Shown: positions 37,578 to 47,407 of the stretch, piece by piece
Position numbering within the stretch: position 1 is the first letter of the stretch
How the letters are laid out: each line of letters starts with the position of its first letter
Source: a virus
Reading direction: 5' to 3' (one strand)
Virus record (IMG/VR): IMGVR_UViG_3300037567_000704
Span: 22,732-86,731 of that record
Length of the DNA stretch: 64,000 nt
Notes under the pieces: model-generated
What the model saw: only the letters and a program-made list of their open reading frames with translations
Database searches by the model: none
Told to the model about the DNA's origin: nothing
Made by a program: the position numbers and the translations under genes

Positions 37578-40500
37578 TTACGTTTTAGGGTCATCTTTCT
37601 CGTCAGAATCGCTATACTGCAAGCCTTTCCTCTTTCTACGCTGCCGCTTTATATGCGGATATTCCTTTTCGGAATCCTCAGTTGGCCGAGCAATCATATC
37701 CCAATCTGGCATACTCTCTTCCCCCTCCAAATGAGTAGGACCTCTAGGACTCTCTGTCAGAGACCCGACATCTATCCCTAGACCCTTTGCTCCACCTGTG
37801 AATCCGAATTGATTCTTCTCCAATAAATCCAATGCCCTCTCTATGAGCGTAAGCCCCTCTTCCATCTTGGGTTTGAGCAACAAGTCCTCATCATCCAACT
37901 CTTCAGAGTCTTCTTCTATGTCCTCTTGTGAATCTTCTGATGGAATGGGGTCATCTACTCTCTCAATCTTACCCTTTAGAAGCATACTCACTACTTGCCC
38001 CCAAAATGGTTTCAAACTCTCACTCAGCATTATACTGTAGTTCCCTCCTCCCATATCACTGAGAATGGTATCAGGAGAATGGACCCAGAAACCGCCATGA
38101 GACTTCTCCAATGTGTAAGACACTTCGTCTTGGTATGGTATGAATACTACCACTTTATCATCAACCACTTTGACATCGTGTGGGAAATGAAGGTGCTTGA
38201 GTGACTTCGAAAGCATCCCAAGAGTTTCCATACTGACGCTGGATTCTCCTTCTCCTTCTCCTATCAATTTCATAGGAGTAAGACTGTAAACATCTCTACC
38301 ATCTATCTCTTGATGCTTTATCCCACTAACTTTCACCTCTACGATGTCTCCCTCTTCGAATGGCTTTGGGCTTGAGACTGTCCCTACGTCCAGATAGATA
38401 TCATTTTCAAATTCTACCGTTTTGTCTTCTATCCCATCATCATCAATCAATGGTCCTGCTCCAAGTCTGTAAGTGAACGGCTTCTTTCCTCTCTTATCCA
38501 ATATTTTGAGATTGATTGACTTGTTAGGTCTGAGAAGCACCCATTTGGGATGTCTTCTCTCACCTTTCATGTAAGTGCTCTTCCCATCTCTCAATAGCAG
38601 AGTCTTGTGCTCGTCTAAGAAATTATTGACCAAATCCTCCAATCCCTCTTCATCCGTGAGTTTAGTATCATGTGGTCCGGGTATGGTGACTTGCTCATAA
38701 CTATCGAACTGTCCTCTTAGAATTTTCAATCTCTCTTGCACACTCATGTCAGTCACATCGGTATCATCGTAGAAGGTGATGTCTATGACGTGTAATTCCT
38801 TTTTATCGAGAATCCCATCCAGAGTGCAATCCTTCTCTCCGAGGTTCTTGACCCCATTTTTAGCCCAATCCGGTATACTTCTCCGCCCTCCGCCTTCATC
38901 ATACCCGTTTATCTCGTCTCCCTTCTTGGTAACCACTATCCTTTCTCCATCATACCACTTAGAGACCACCCAAGTGCCGGTGAATCCACGAAGCCTCTGG
39001 AGGTCCTTGAACGAGAATATTCTGTGCATGGGTCTGATAGGCGGGACCCAAGAAGGGGAGTCGCCCTTCATCAAGAGGGAGTCTGGGTTCAAGAGGTAAG
39101 CAGCGTAATCACTCGGTTCGCTCCAAGTTCCGGATTCTTTGACCTCAGCAGGAATCATACTTCCTACTAATGGGTCTTCATACGGAGTGAACTGATTGGC
39201 TCCTCTCTCCCAAGTCATTGCCTCATCCTGCATTTGAACGGTATTGGCCACATCAAGGTCCCATAGACTCGATATAGCATCCATAGGAGCCGGACTAAAT
39301 GCCTCTTCTTGAGTGTGAGGTCCTAGAACTGGTTTCCCAGTGCCAAAATCCATACTGTGTGTAGGGACCCCTCTTCTATAATTAGAATATTCCAACAGTC
39401 CGGTTTTGTCGAATAAATCCATTATCGGCGTTCCTGTGGTCCCCATCGGGTGTATTTCCCTTCCGGGTCCGTCTCTAATCGTCTCAGTTGTGATATCCTT
39501 AGGCAAAGAAGACAAATCCACATTGGGGTCTTGGATGAAGACGTTCTTCATCTGATGCTCGATATTCCTTCCTGAGACTCTGAAGTTTCTGTTGCTGTGT
39601 CTACCTTGAATATGGATATCGCCATCTCCATCTTTTACGAGCATCGAATGTTTTCCTTTATCGTCAATTGTAGGAGCCGACATAGGAGTTATTCCCAAAG
39701 TAGCAAGACCCTCTTTCCCGAATTGTCTTCTTACATTGGTTTGGAAACCTAGTATAGCCTTTCTCATATCTTTCATTGGCTTCTGCCAACCTTTCACTGG
39801 CGACCCACCGTGAAACAATACTTCTCCGTCTCCGTCTTTTACATTTCTTTCGAATCCATACGTGTTGAAGAATTCCTCATCGCTTAAATGATTAAGATTA
39901 GGCGCTCTTCGAAGTTTTTGAACATGGTCTAGCACGTTTTCTACATCTTGATATTTATCGAAGAAGTTATCACCCTTTTCGGTGGATAATTGTGGATTAC
40001 TCCGTATCAAATGCTCCATTGACATAACTGTCCTATGGTCATCGTCATTCTTCAATCCACTTTGTATGGAAGTGAGCATGTTAGTAGCATGGGCTCGATG
40101 TGCTCCGTCTTGTGGATATTTCAAATAATCCATCAAGTCTTCAAAATCAGTCTCTCTAGTAACACGAAAGCCGTGTTCATCCATATGATTGTGGAAGTTA
40201 CCGAATCCTGTCTGGTGCAAAGGAAGTTTATCTTCGTCAATACCGTAACCACTCACTGTTATGCCAAGGTCTCTAATGTATTCAGCAGGGAGATGCTTCA
40301 ACGCTCTATTGGCTAGTTGGAATATTTTGTCTATGTCAATATTCAGATTGGGGTTGGAAGAAGTGAAAGTATCTTCTGGATACATCGGGGCCAAATGACC
40401 AACCACCGTGAGTATAGCGTTGTAATGAGATTCAATCATATTCTGCAGGTCATCGTATAATCTTCCTTCATGGCCCTTTCCAAGTTTCTTCTCTTGGATA

Positions 40501-43271
40501 GTTTTACCACCCCCCTTTTCTCTTGCAAGAGGCCCCCCAAGTTTCGTCTCTTTGACAGTCTCTCGCAAAGCCTTCGAATCTAACAGAAATGATTCAGCAG
40601 CGCTCCCCTCTGTTACATCCAAACCCTCCGGTCTGGCCCCGAAGGTAGCCTGACGTGTGGCTAAACTTGCTGGAGTCATTCGCATTATGGAAGACGGTCT
40701 TCCCCTTTCTCCTCTACCCATCATGCTATTGATAGTATGCGACATCAGAGACTGGTCTCGCGCTATCATGTCTGGTGTCCTGTTCTCTTTCTGCCGCGCG
40801 CCCAGTGGTTGCTGCTGTGTAAGTTCTAATGGGACTTCCACCGTTCTGCCGAACTCAGCGGTGATACCGGCACCAGCAATATCTATGGGCTTCTTGATAT
40901 TCCAATTGATACCTTTCCCATGAGGGGTCTTGACGTTGTGTTGACGTGATGAGTAACGAGGGTGAGTAATATCAAACTCTTTGTCATATTTTGCTTTAAT
41001 CTGAGACATGCTCAATCCTGAGATAGCGTTTACCACTCCGGGAAACAAAGAGGACAAACCGGCAAGAATCTGATTCTTGGGATTGCTCGCATCCTGATTC
41101 TCCGGGTTTTTGGAGTTATTGAAGCGAGAGAGCACAGCATGTGGGGTGTTGAATAAATCATGTCGAGCAGCGATATAGGGGCCCCAGAGCCCTATGTTAT
41201 TCTCATTGACAGTGATTCTACTCCCATCAGTGGACCCGATGTAACTGTTACCATCCCCATCGCTACTGTGGTCATGCAGCATTTCAATGAGAGTATGGGG
41301 ATTTCTCGAAAGTCCAGAGGAATATAACTGAGCAAACAAAGCAGCAGGAGTGTAATGTCCTCCATCCTCTATGCCCCACCCCTGCATCATTGCCAACTCT
41401 TCGTCAGTCGCTTCAGACTCATCGAACCATAATGGGCTAGTATGCAGGGTTTGTTGATTACGCAACTCCTTGCCTTGCGATGCAATAATTCTATGGATTT
41501 TCGCTCTTTTGAGCATAGAAGCCATATTCTCCTCTGAAATCAAAGGGCCTGAGTGATGCTCTGCCGGATAATAGGGATGCTCACCTGCAGGTATTGCGGC
41601 TCCGGTTTCCGGGTCATAACCAAGAGCGAGCATGATAGAACTCTTCTGTAGCCTCTTATCCTGATAACCAGAATCAATGATGTCTCCTATTGGATTATCA
41701 CTCCCAGAAAGTTGCTCGGCGGGAGAGATAACCATCCCCTCTGAATCCTTCTTCTCCTTTATCTCTGGCAGATTCCTGAACACTCTATGTTTCTTACCAT
41801 CAGTATCGAAATGATGCTTATTCCCGTCTTCATCTTCACCCAAATCTAACCCACCCAAGGCCTCTCTAAGATTGTCCTGTATCTCATCGCTCAACCCGTC
41901 CGAGTGAACGATATCATGCAGAGAGTCGAATAGCATATCCTGCTCATAGGCAGACAACTCATCATTGCTCTCCCTACGAGGTATGGCATTGCTGTTAGTG
42001 AAACCTGCCGTTCTACCACCCCAATCAGCAAGTCCTCCCATGACATGATGGAACGAGCGTTTGAGTCTACCAGCAGAGACTGTTGTCCCATCTGGGAGTT
42101 TGATGTCTTGGTTACTCGCTTTGTCAAGACCATCAAAAGCGGCCTCCAATATCGCACTTCTCTCCTTAGGAGAGAACCACTGTAGTTGATGAATCCAAGA
42201 CAGTTCACCTAGATTGTGACCATGTTCGATGATGCTCTGCTTTTCTGCCTCCTCAAAAGAAACCCCCTCTGGCGTACTTTGCCAATGTGCGTAAGCCTGT
42301 TCTGGAGTCGAATCTCCTTCTGCTACCTTCTCGCTTTTCTTCTCCAAATCTACAGCATCACTCATCCAACTTCTCGCTCTGTCGTCAGCGTGTAGTTTAC
42401 GGAGTTCCAATTCCTCCTCGGAATGGTCATGCCCACTTTGTATATCAGTAGAAAGTCCCATCGCCTTGACTCTCGCTATTGCATTAGACCTCCAATTACC
42501 ATCATGGTCCAAATCTTCAGTTTCTGAATTGATGCTTCTCCAGTCATCATCACCAGCGAGCCATCTCTCAAAGTCCCTGTCGTATGCTCCTCTGATTGAT
42601 GTGACATCAGAGCCCTTGATACCATCAAGAGGACCAATACCGTGATAGAATATATCACCATCCTCTTTCAACATACCAGTATGATGAAGGCTCTTCTCTT
42701 TCCTCATTATCCTGTCTTGCATTCTCTCTAAGGTCTCTACGGCTTTGGCGTGAGTAACGTCTTTGGTATGAGTAGGTAGAACCTGCTGTATGATTGTATC
42801 AAGTCTCGCTGTTCTCCCAGTGCCTGAGTTCATCACTTTAGAAGGGTCATAAATGGAACTGAAGGGATGGTCGTCCGATGTGCCATAGGGCGCAAGACCA
42901 TTTGGATTCACCTCTATATCATGCGCGTGAGAAGTAGGGTCACTACCCCTCGATTTCACTCTTTTCCTCCAAGGTTGTCTCTCAGAGAGATGATGATTGC
43001 TTTGTTCTGCTACCTGCCTTCTCCTCTCAGCATCAGAAATAAAAACCTCAGCGCCATGCCCTCCCTTGAGGATGCCCCCAATTTCACTCTTTACGAATGA
43101 ATCACAGATTCGCTCTCGCCAAGTAATATCAGGTTCAAAATTAGATGTTTTAAGATTGTTTTTAGCGAAGAGGTATTCCCCTACGCTATCATCAATATCA
43201 TTAGCATCTATGATGCTCAATAAGAGTTCATTACGTGCTTTTACAAACACCGAAACGGCATCATCAAGCAC
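37578..43271 (-). CDS. 1897-aa head-module protein with C-terminal degenerate ATP-dependent DNA ligase-like domain
   Basis: VVSKWYDGERIVV, TLDGIL, HVIDI, ERLKIL and LLLRDGKSTYMKGERRHPKWVLLR occur in ligase motif order, followed by an OB-like region. Key residues are substituted. Confidence 0.75.
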   Translation of the reverse strand: MLDDAVSVFVKARNELLLSIIDANDIDDSVGEYLFAKNNLKTSNFEPDITWRERICDSFVKSEIGGILKGGHGAEVFISDAERRRQVAEQSNHHLSERQPWRKRVKSRGSDPTSHAHDIEVNPNGLAPYGTSDDHPFSSIYDPSKVMNSGTGRTARLDTIIQQVLPTHTKDVTHAKAVETLERMQDRIMRKEKSLHHTGMLKEDGDIFYHGIGPLDGIKGSDVTSIRGAYDRDFERWLAGDDDWRSINSETEDLDHDGNWRSNAIARVKAMGLSTDIQSGHDHSEEELELRKLHADDRARSWMSDAVDLEKKSEKVAEGDSTPEQAYAHWQSTPEGVSFEEAEKQSIIEHGHNLGELSWIHQLQWFSPKERSAILEAAFDGLDKASNQDIKLPDGTTVSAGRLKRSFHHVMGGLADWGGRTAGFTNSNAIPRRESNDELSAYEQDMLFDSLHDIVHSDGLSDEIQDNLREALGGLDLGEDEDGNKHHFDTDGKKHRVFRNLPEIKEKKDSEGMVISPAEQLSGSDNPIGDIIDSGYQDKRLQKSSIMLALGYDPETGAAIPAGEHPYYPAEHHSGPLISEENMASMLKRAKIHRIIASQGKELRNQQTLHTSPLWFDESEATDEELAMMQGWGIEDGGHYTPAALFAQLYSSGLSRNPHTLIEMLHDHSSDGDGNSYIGSTDGSRITVNENNIGLWGPYIAARHDLFNTPHAVLSRFNNSKNPENQDASNPKNQILAGLSSLFPGVVNAISGLSMSQIKAKYDKEFDITHPRYSSRQHNVKTPHGKGINWNIKKPIDIAGAGITAEFGRTVEVPLELTQQQPLGARQKENRTPDMIARDQSLMSHTINSMMGRGERGRPSSIMRMTPASLATRQATFGARPEGLDVTEGSAAESFLLDSKALRETVKETKLGGPLAREKGGGKTIQEKKLGKGHEGRLYDDLQNMIESHYNAILTVVGHLAPMYPEDTFTSSNPNLNIDIDKIFQLANRALKHLPAEYIRDLGITVSGYGIDEDKLPLHQTGFGNFHNHMDEHGFRVTRETDFEDLMDYLKYPQDGAHRAHATNMLTSIQSGLKNDDDHRTVMSMEHLIRSNPQLSTEKGDNFFDKYQDVENVLDHVQKLRRAPNLNHLSDEEFFNTYGFERNVKDGDGEVLFHGGSPVKGWQKPMKDMRKAILGFQTNVRRQFGKEGLATLGITPMSAPTIDDKGKHSMLVKDGDGDIHIQGRHSNRNFRVSGRNIEHQMKNVFIQDPNVDLSSLPKDITTETIRDGPGREIHPMGTTGTPIMDLFDKTGLLEYSNYRRGVPTHSMDFGTGKPVLGPHTQEEAFSPAPMDAISSLWDLDVANTVQMQDEAMTWERGANQFTPYEDPLVGSMIPAEVKESGTWSEPSDYAAYLLNPDSLLMKGDSPSWVPPIRPMHRIFSFKDLQRLRGFTGTWVVSKWYDGERIVVTKKGDEINGYDEGGGRRSIPDWAKNGVKNLGEKDCTLDGILDKKELHVIDITFYDDTDVTDMSVQERLKILRGQFDSYEQVTIPGPHDTKLTDEEGLEDLVNNFLDEHKTLLLRDGKSTYMKGERRHPKWVLLRPNKSINLKILDKRGKKPFTYRLGAGPLIDDDGIEDKTVEFENDIYLDVGTVSSPKPFEEGDIVEVKVSGIKHQEIDGRDVYSLTPMKLIGEGEGESSVSMETLGMLSKSLKHLHFPHDVKVVDDKVVVFIPYQDEVSYTLEKSHGGFWVHSPDTILSDMGGGNYSIMLSESLKPFWGQVVSMLLKGKIERVDDPIPSEDSQEDIEEDSEELDDEDLLLKPKMEEGLTLIERALDLLEKNQFGFTGGAKGLGIDVGSLTESPRGPTHLEGEESMPDWDMIARPTEDSEKEYPHIKRQRRKRKGLQYSDSDEKDDPKT

Positions 43272-43282
43272 ACAATACCACC

Positions 43283-43627
43283 TTACTCAAGTTTAGGCGC
43301 GTCTCCACCTGCAAAATCTTCATGGCCCTTGTTCTGGTCATGAGTGTTTAATTTTCTACCCAAGGAATCTAAATCGGTTGTGGACTTATCTGCCCCTTTG
43401 TTCTTCACATCTTCTGATTCCAACAGGTGGTTATTGGTAGTATAATGGGCATTTCGAGTTAAACCGCCGCTTTCTGATTGAAGGGATATCTCATGAGGTG
43501 CGGTCTGGAATGCTACAGAATATCCCGGTTGAGACTTTTCTATCGCATCAATTCTCTTGTCAATACTCTTTGCTTTCTTCAAGAGGCTCATGACCTCTTT
43601 GGACACTTCTTCCTTTCTTGGTTTCAA
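43283..43627 (-). CDS. Hypothetical head-associated protein
   Basis: 114 aa, coupled in the operon, with LLKK/AIEKS motifs. Confidence 0.6.
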   Translation of the reverse strand: MKPRKEEVSKEVMSLLKKAKSIDKRIDAIEKSQPGYSVAFQTAPHEISLQSESGGLTRNAHYTTNNHLLESEDVKNKGADKSTTDLDSLGRKLNTHDQNKGHEDFAGGDAPKLE

Positions 43628-43977
43628 ACTACCACATCCGTGTCTCTACTCTGCTCTGCCATTTCATGAATCTCATCCCATGACATCTCGTGAATCTCTT
43701 CACTGCTCATTAGGCCTATTTCCATACTATCGGTTTTGAGAAGTGTAGCATCTCCAAGAGGTAAATCCCCTCTGAAAGGGTCCATTCTAATATCTTCGGA
43801 AAGAGGGGTAGTCATTGATACAAAACCCGCTCTTTTCAGAAGTTGTCCCGGATTGAGTAACATCTTCCTGAGTTCTCTATTCTCACTTTTGAGTTCACCT
43901 AATGAACCGTCCATACTCTCCATCTTGTTGATAAGAGCGTTCATCAAACGCTCAGTATTACTCTCGGCTTCTATCAC
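43624..43977 (-). CDS. Small coiled-coil protein with scaffold-like C-terminal motif
   Basis: N-terminal coiled coil. C-terminal EIHEMSWDEIHEMA parallels the protease/scaffold C-terminus DLAEMSWTEVHNLA. Confidence 0.6.
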   Translation of the reverse strand: MIEAESNTERLMNALINKMESMDGSLGELKSENRELRKMLLNPGQLLKRAGFVSMTTPLSEDIRMDPFRGDLPLGDATLLKTDSMEIGLMSSEEIHEMSWDEIHEMAEQSRDTDVVV

Positions 43978-43986
43978 AATAATTCC

Positions 43987-44343
43987 TCACTCTGGTCTGT
44001 AAGCCCTTCCATAGGTTCCAGTGTGAGGCCTCATTCTACCATGAGAACGAGCGGCAATAATAGTGCCCGGTAATTGACTATCCCGCTGAGAAGTATCAAA
44101 ATTGGTCCCACGCTCGTTGAACTTCATGATTGAACCAGTTGCAAGGTGGTTCTCAGGAGTATGCACTTCACTGGTCTTCTGCACTGTCTCTGTTAGGTCG
44201 TCATGTAGATAGTTACCAAATTTCAAAACTTCAGTGAGATGGTCTCTCGCCTCATCGGGTTTTCCATTTTCCAAAGCCTTGGAAAAAGCCTCCGTATGCA
44301 CATTCAATTTTCTCGCCATAGGGTCCATCTTGCTCAAATCCAT
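43987..44343 (-). CDS. Hypothetical head-associated protein
   Basis: 118 aa with ATG start and a TATA-like element about 30 nt upstream. Confidence 0.6.
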   Translation of the reverse strand: MDLSKMDPMARKLNVHTEAFSKALENGKPDEARDHLTEVLKFGNYLHDDLTETVQKTSEVHTPENHLATGSIMKFNERGTNFDTSQRDSQLPGTIIAARSHGRMRPHTGTYGRAYRPE

Positions 44344-44373
44344 GTTCGTTCAACTCTCTCGAAGTGGTGTTGG

Positions 44374-44383
44374 TTTAATTATA
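44374..44383 (-). promoter_or_regulatory. Putative archaeal TATA box (TATAATTAAA)
   Basis: About 30 nt upstream of ATG 44343, which has no clear SD. This fits a leaderless or short-leader archaeal transcript. Confidence 0.4.
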
Positions 44384-44384
44384 C

Positions 44385-46199
44385 TTACGCTCCACGAGGC
44401 CTTCTAGCATTCAAAAGGGCGTTAGAAACATTCTGTGCTAATCCGGGCTGTAAACCGTTCTGCTGAACGCTTGAAAAGGGAGAGCCTGCTCCCATAGATG
44501 CCCTTTGTTGAGGTCTCGCTGGTCCTTGTGGAGTTCTGATACCCACCCCTTCTCCGCCGGGTTGCGATGGAGGCATCACTTGTTGCATTACGCCCGGAGG
44601 CATTCCCGGAGGATGCATTCCGGGAGGCATACCACCCGGAGGCATACCACCCGGAGGCATTCCCGGAGGCATTCCCGGAGGCATTCCCGGAGGATGCATT
44701 CCGGGAGGCATACCACCCGGAGGCATACCACCCGGAGGCATTCCCGGAGGCATCATTCCACCGGGCGCTGGCGGTTGTTGCTGTTCCATTGGGTCAATCT
44801 TTCTGTAGACAAAGCGAATGTCCCTCTCCCCTTCTTCGAGAAGTTCCGGTTTGTAACCTAGCATCATCATACGTTGAGCAAGATTTGCTTCCATCTCATC
44901 TCTTCTGAGACGAGTAATCTCGTCTTCCTCCTCGTTCGGATAAAGAGTCATTTTCCAATCTTTGACACCCATCTCATTCAACATGCGCGGGAAAATGACT
45001 TCAGTGAATACCTTCTGCCCGTATTCAACAGCGCGATTAGTCACAAGAATTTGCATTCCCTCGTTATTGAGACCCCCGCTCTTGCCATTGTCAATCATGA
45101 AAACGGCACTCACCCCATAGAACGCCGCTATCCTGTTTCTCATCTCATCACGCACCGAGATATATTGCATCTCTTCCAATGTGTCCATGAACTTGACCCA
45201 ACTCACGCCTCCCCTGCCCGAAGCAGACTCTATCCCTACCTTGGGGATATAATGCGGGTCTCGTTCCATTTTTTCGTCTACTGTCTTCCAAAAGGACTTC
45301 ATTGATTCAAGATTGTCTGTAGTGACTGAGATTATACCCTTGGGACTTCTCCTCTTCTGATACGCTGTATACATGTAATTATCCATAGCAGTGAGAGTCA
45401 TGGCTTGTCTCCACATCGTATTGACAGGGCTCCTACCATACAATTTGGAGGGATTGTATTTGCTAACATGAATGATTTCACCTTTCAGATAATACTGGGT
45501 CTTCCCACTTCCAGCCATATTGACGTAATGAACATCGTCCATCTCGCTTCCGCATATTTGACAATCATCATCTTGACCGGGATATGAGATTTGGTCCCTA
45601 TGCAACGGGCACACTTTGTAACGACCGCCCCTCACTCCCCTCTTGTCTGATACTATACGCATGAATATGGGGTCACCGCGAATTACCTCTTTCACTCTGA
45701 AGAAAAGTATTTCAGAAGTCTCAGGGTCTACGTAGTATTCCTTTATCAGAATCAGGAAAGCGTCATCTATAATGTCCAAGTCCTTCTCAATCTCATAGAG
45801 GACGTGTATGAAATCCTGTTCCATAGAGTTCTGCTGTTTGAACAACCAGCGAGGATAGACCAATTCGTTAGGTTCTGGTGGTCTGACATCATAGCCACAC
45901 GTAGGGCATTCATCCACATCATGTTGAAACTCCTCTCCACATGTATCACATCGGAATCTGAACCTCTTCTCCCAATAATACCCTCTTCGGAATATCTCTT
46001 GTTGTAATTTAGATATCACAGTGCGAAGAATTAGATTCTCATGAGATACAGCATACAACGCTGGAAGCGTTATTCCTTGAGCCATAACGGGCTCTTGAAT
46101 ACCAGTAGTATGCAACGGCATCTGCGGTTGCGGAGTTGTGCGTCTTTTGAACGGATTTAGAGTGTCCAAGAATCTTCGAATCGGTCCCTCTTCTGCCAT
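44385..46199 (-). CDS. Portal protein with Zn-ribbon insertions and a Pro/Gly/Met-rich tail
   Basis: Portal motifs DLDIIDDAFLIL, EIIHVSKYNPSKLYGRSP and RNRIAAFYGVS. Cys clusters CDTC..CPTC and CPLH..CQIC. Located near terL. Confidence 0.88.
   Translation of the reverse strand: MAEEGPIRRFLDTLNPFKRRTTPQPQMPLHTTGIQEPVMAQGITLPALYAVSHENLILRTVISKLQQEIFRRGYYWEKRFRFRCDTCGEEFQHDVDECPTCGYDVRPPEPNELVYPRWLFKQQNSMEQDFIHVLYEIEKDLDIIDDAFLILIKEYYVDPETSEILFFRVKEVIRGDPIFMRIVSDKRGVRGGRYKVCPLHRDQISYPGQDDDCQICGSEMDDVHYVNMAGSGKTQYYLKGEIIHVSKYNPSKLYGRSPVNTMWRQAMTLTAMDNYMYTAYQKRRSPKGIISVTTDNLESMKSFWKTVDEKMERDPHYIPKVGIESASGRGGVSWVKFMDTLEEMQYISVRDEMRNRIAAFYGVSAVFMIDNGKSGGLNNEGMQILVTNRAVEYGQKVFTEVIFPRMLNEMGVKDWKMTLYPNEEEDEITRLRRDEMEANLAQRMMMLGYKPELLEEGERDIRFVYRKIDPMEQQQPPAPGGMMPPGMPPGGMPPGGMPPGMHPPGMPPGMPPGMPPGGMPPGGMPPGMHPPGMPPGVMQQVMPPSQPGGEGVGIRTPQGPARPQQRASMGAGSPFSSVQQNGLQPGLAQNVSNALLNARRPRGA
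44593..44764. repeat. 12/15-bp tandem repeats encoding MPPG/MPPGG/MHPPG with an 81-bp higher-order period
   Basis: ccggaggcattc, ccggaggcataccac and ccggaggatgcattc units are visible. A 27-aa period is duplicated. Confidence 0.9.
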
Positions 46200-47338
46200 T
46201 AAGCACCACCTTCCCCATTTGCGCCTCTAACAACCCGCTTGATTGTTTCCCTTTTCTCCAAGTCATTCGTATTCAGGTAAGATAAAACTCTCTCGACTTG
46301 TCCATTCTTATCTTTCACATACGGAGAGATTCCTTCCAACAACTTCCTTATCTCGTCTTCCTGATAGAATAAGAGTCTATGTATGATTATGTTATTGCTT
46401 TTCTGATTAAGTTGAAGAGAGCCACAATCGAGAGATTTGTGCAACTCTTCACAATGCGCTTTTCCTCTTTTCCCAGTAGCGATGAAACCAGCACGCGGTT
46501 CTCCTCTTTCGGTGATTGTGATGAACCCGTCCCCTTCCAAGAAATCTGCTGCATAAGACCAAGGGTCCTTGATGATAATACCATAATCAGACATTTTCAC
46601 GAATGTTCTTCTACCGCCTCCTGCTATGATATCAACTTCCTCGCCATACATCGAAAGTAGTTTAGACAATTTGGAAGGACTCATGCTCTTTTGCAAGAAA
46701 GAGGAATCCATCATCCTCTCTTGAAGCCTCCTACTGGTCAAGGCCCCCTCACTTTCAAGTATCTCAGAGGTCTTATTGAGTATATCCTTCTCCTTCTGTG
46801 TCAATCTGTCTATTTGATGAAGAGCAGTTTTCCACACTTTTATCGCATCAGTCTTCTGTGACATAGCATTGTGCCAAGCGTTCCTTTCCTCTTCATCCCA
46901 GACATCTTGGAAATCGTCCAACATCTTGAGAGCATTATCTGCTCCTTCCCAGAGATTACATGCCTGTATCAAACTCACACTTCTTGAATTACCGAACTTC
47001 CTGAGACTCCTCAAATCTTCGTCTGTGACTCCTAAACTCTTGATGATGTTACTTCTGTCTTTGGTCCAAGATAAGGAGGATAGGGTGGCTTTAATCTCCA
47101 AAGATTTGAGAGACTTGACATCTTCAATTATCGAATCCACTTCGGTTCTCACTTCCTCGTTGTCTTTTCCCATCTTCTGAAGTCTGTTTATGAAATCAGA
47201 AGAAGAACACCCTAAGTGAGTCTCGAACCAACCTCTTCCGGTGTTAGAGAACACATATTGAGGAGCCTCTACTTCCTTTTCCTCATTTATGGCTTTTTCG
47301 AAGATATTATCCTCTTCAAGAAAAGCGCTCGACCACAT
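46199..47338 (-). CDS. Helical + winged-HTH + single LAGLIDADG-like domain protein
   Basis: WSYAADFLEGDGFITIT...EELHKSLDCGSL...IRKLLEGISPYVKDK fits the LAGLIDADG fold. It is preceded by wHTH-like ILESEGALTSRRLQERM...SPSKLSKLLS. Confidence 0.7.
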   Translation of the reverse strand: MWSSAFLEEDNIFEKAINEEKEVEAPQYVFSNTGRGWFETHLGCSSSDFINRLQKMGKDNEEVRTEVDSIIEDVKSLKSLEIKATLSSLSWTKDRSNIIKSLGVTDEDLRSLRKFGNSRSVSLIQACNLWEGADNALKMLDDFQDVWDEEERNAWHNAMSQKTDAIKVWKTALHQIDRLTQKEKDILNKTSEILESEGALTSRRLQERMMDSSFLQKSMSPSKLSKLLSMYGEEVDIIAGGGRRTFVKMSDYGIIIKDPWSYAADFLEGDGFITITERGEPRAGFIATGKRGKAHCEELHKSLDCGSLQLNQKSNNIIIHRLLFYQEDEIRKLLEGISPYVKDKNGQVERVLSYLNTNDLEKRETIKRVVRGANGEGGA

Positions 47339-47407
47339 TCATTCAACTCCAAAGGGTAGTATTCAAATTGTTATCTTCAATATATGTTGTATTCATTATT
47401 CATCACC

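Noticed and set aside
37578-43271. Functional replicative DNA ligase
   Set aside because: Catalytic motif residues are substituted and the context is head assembly; reported as a pseudo-ligase instead.
47343-47396. 17-codon minus-strand ORF MNTTYIEDNNLNTTLWS with an upstream GGTGA
   Set aside because: Too short to support; the AT-rich gap could equally be a promoter for the LAGLIDADG gene.
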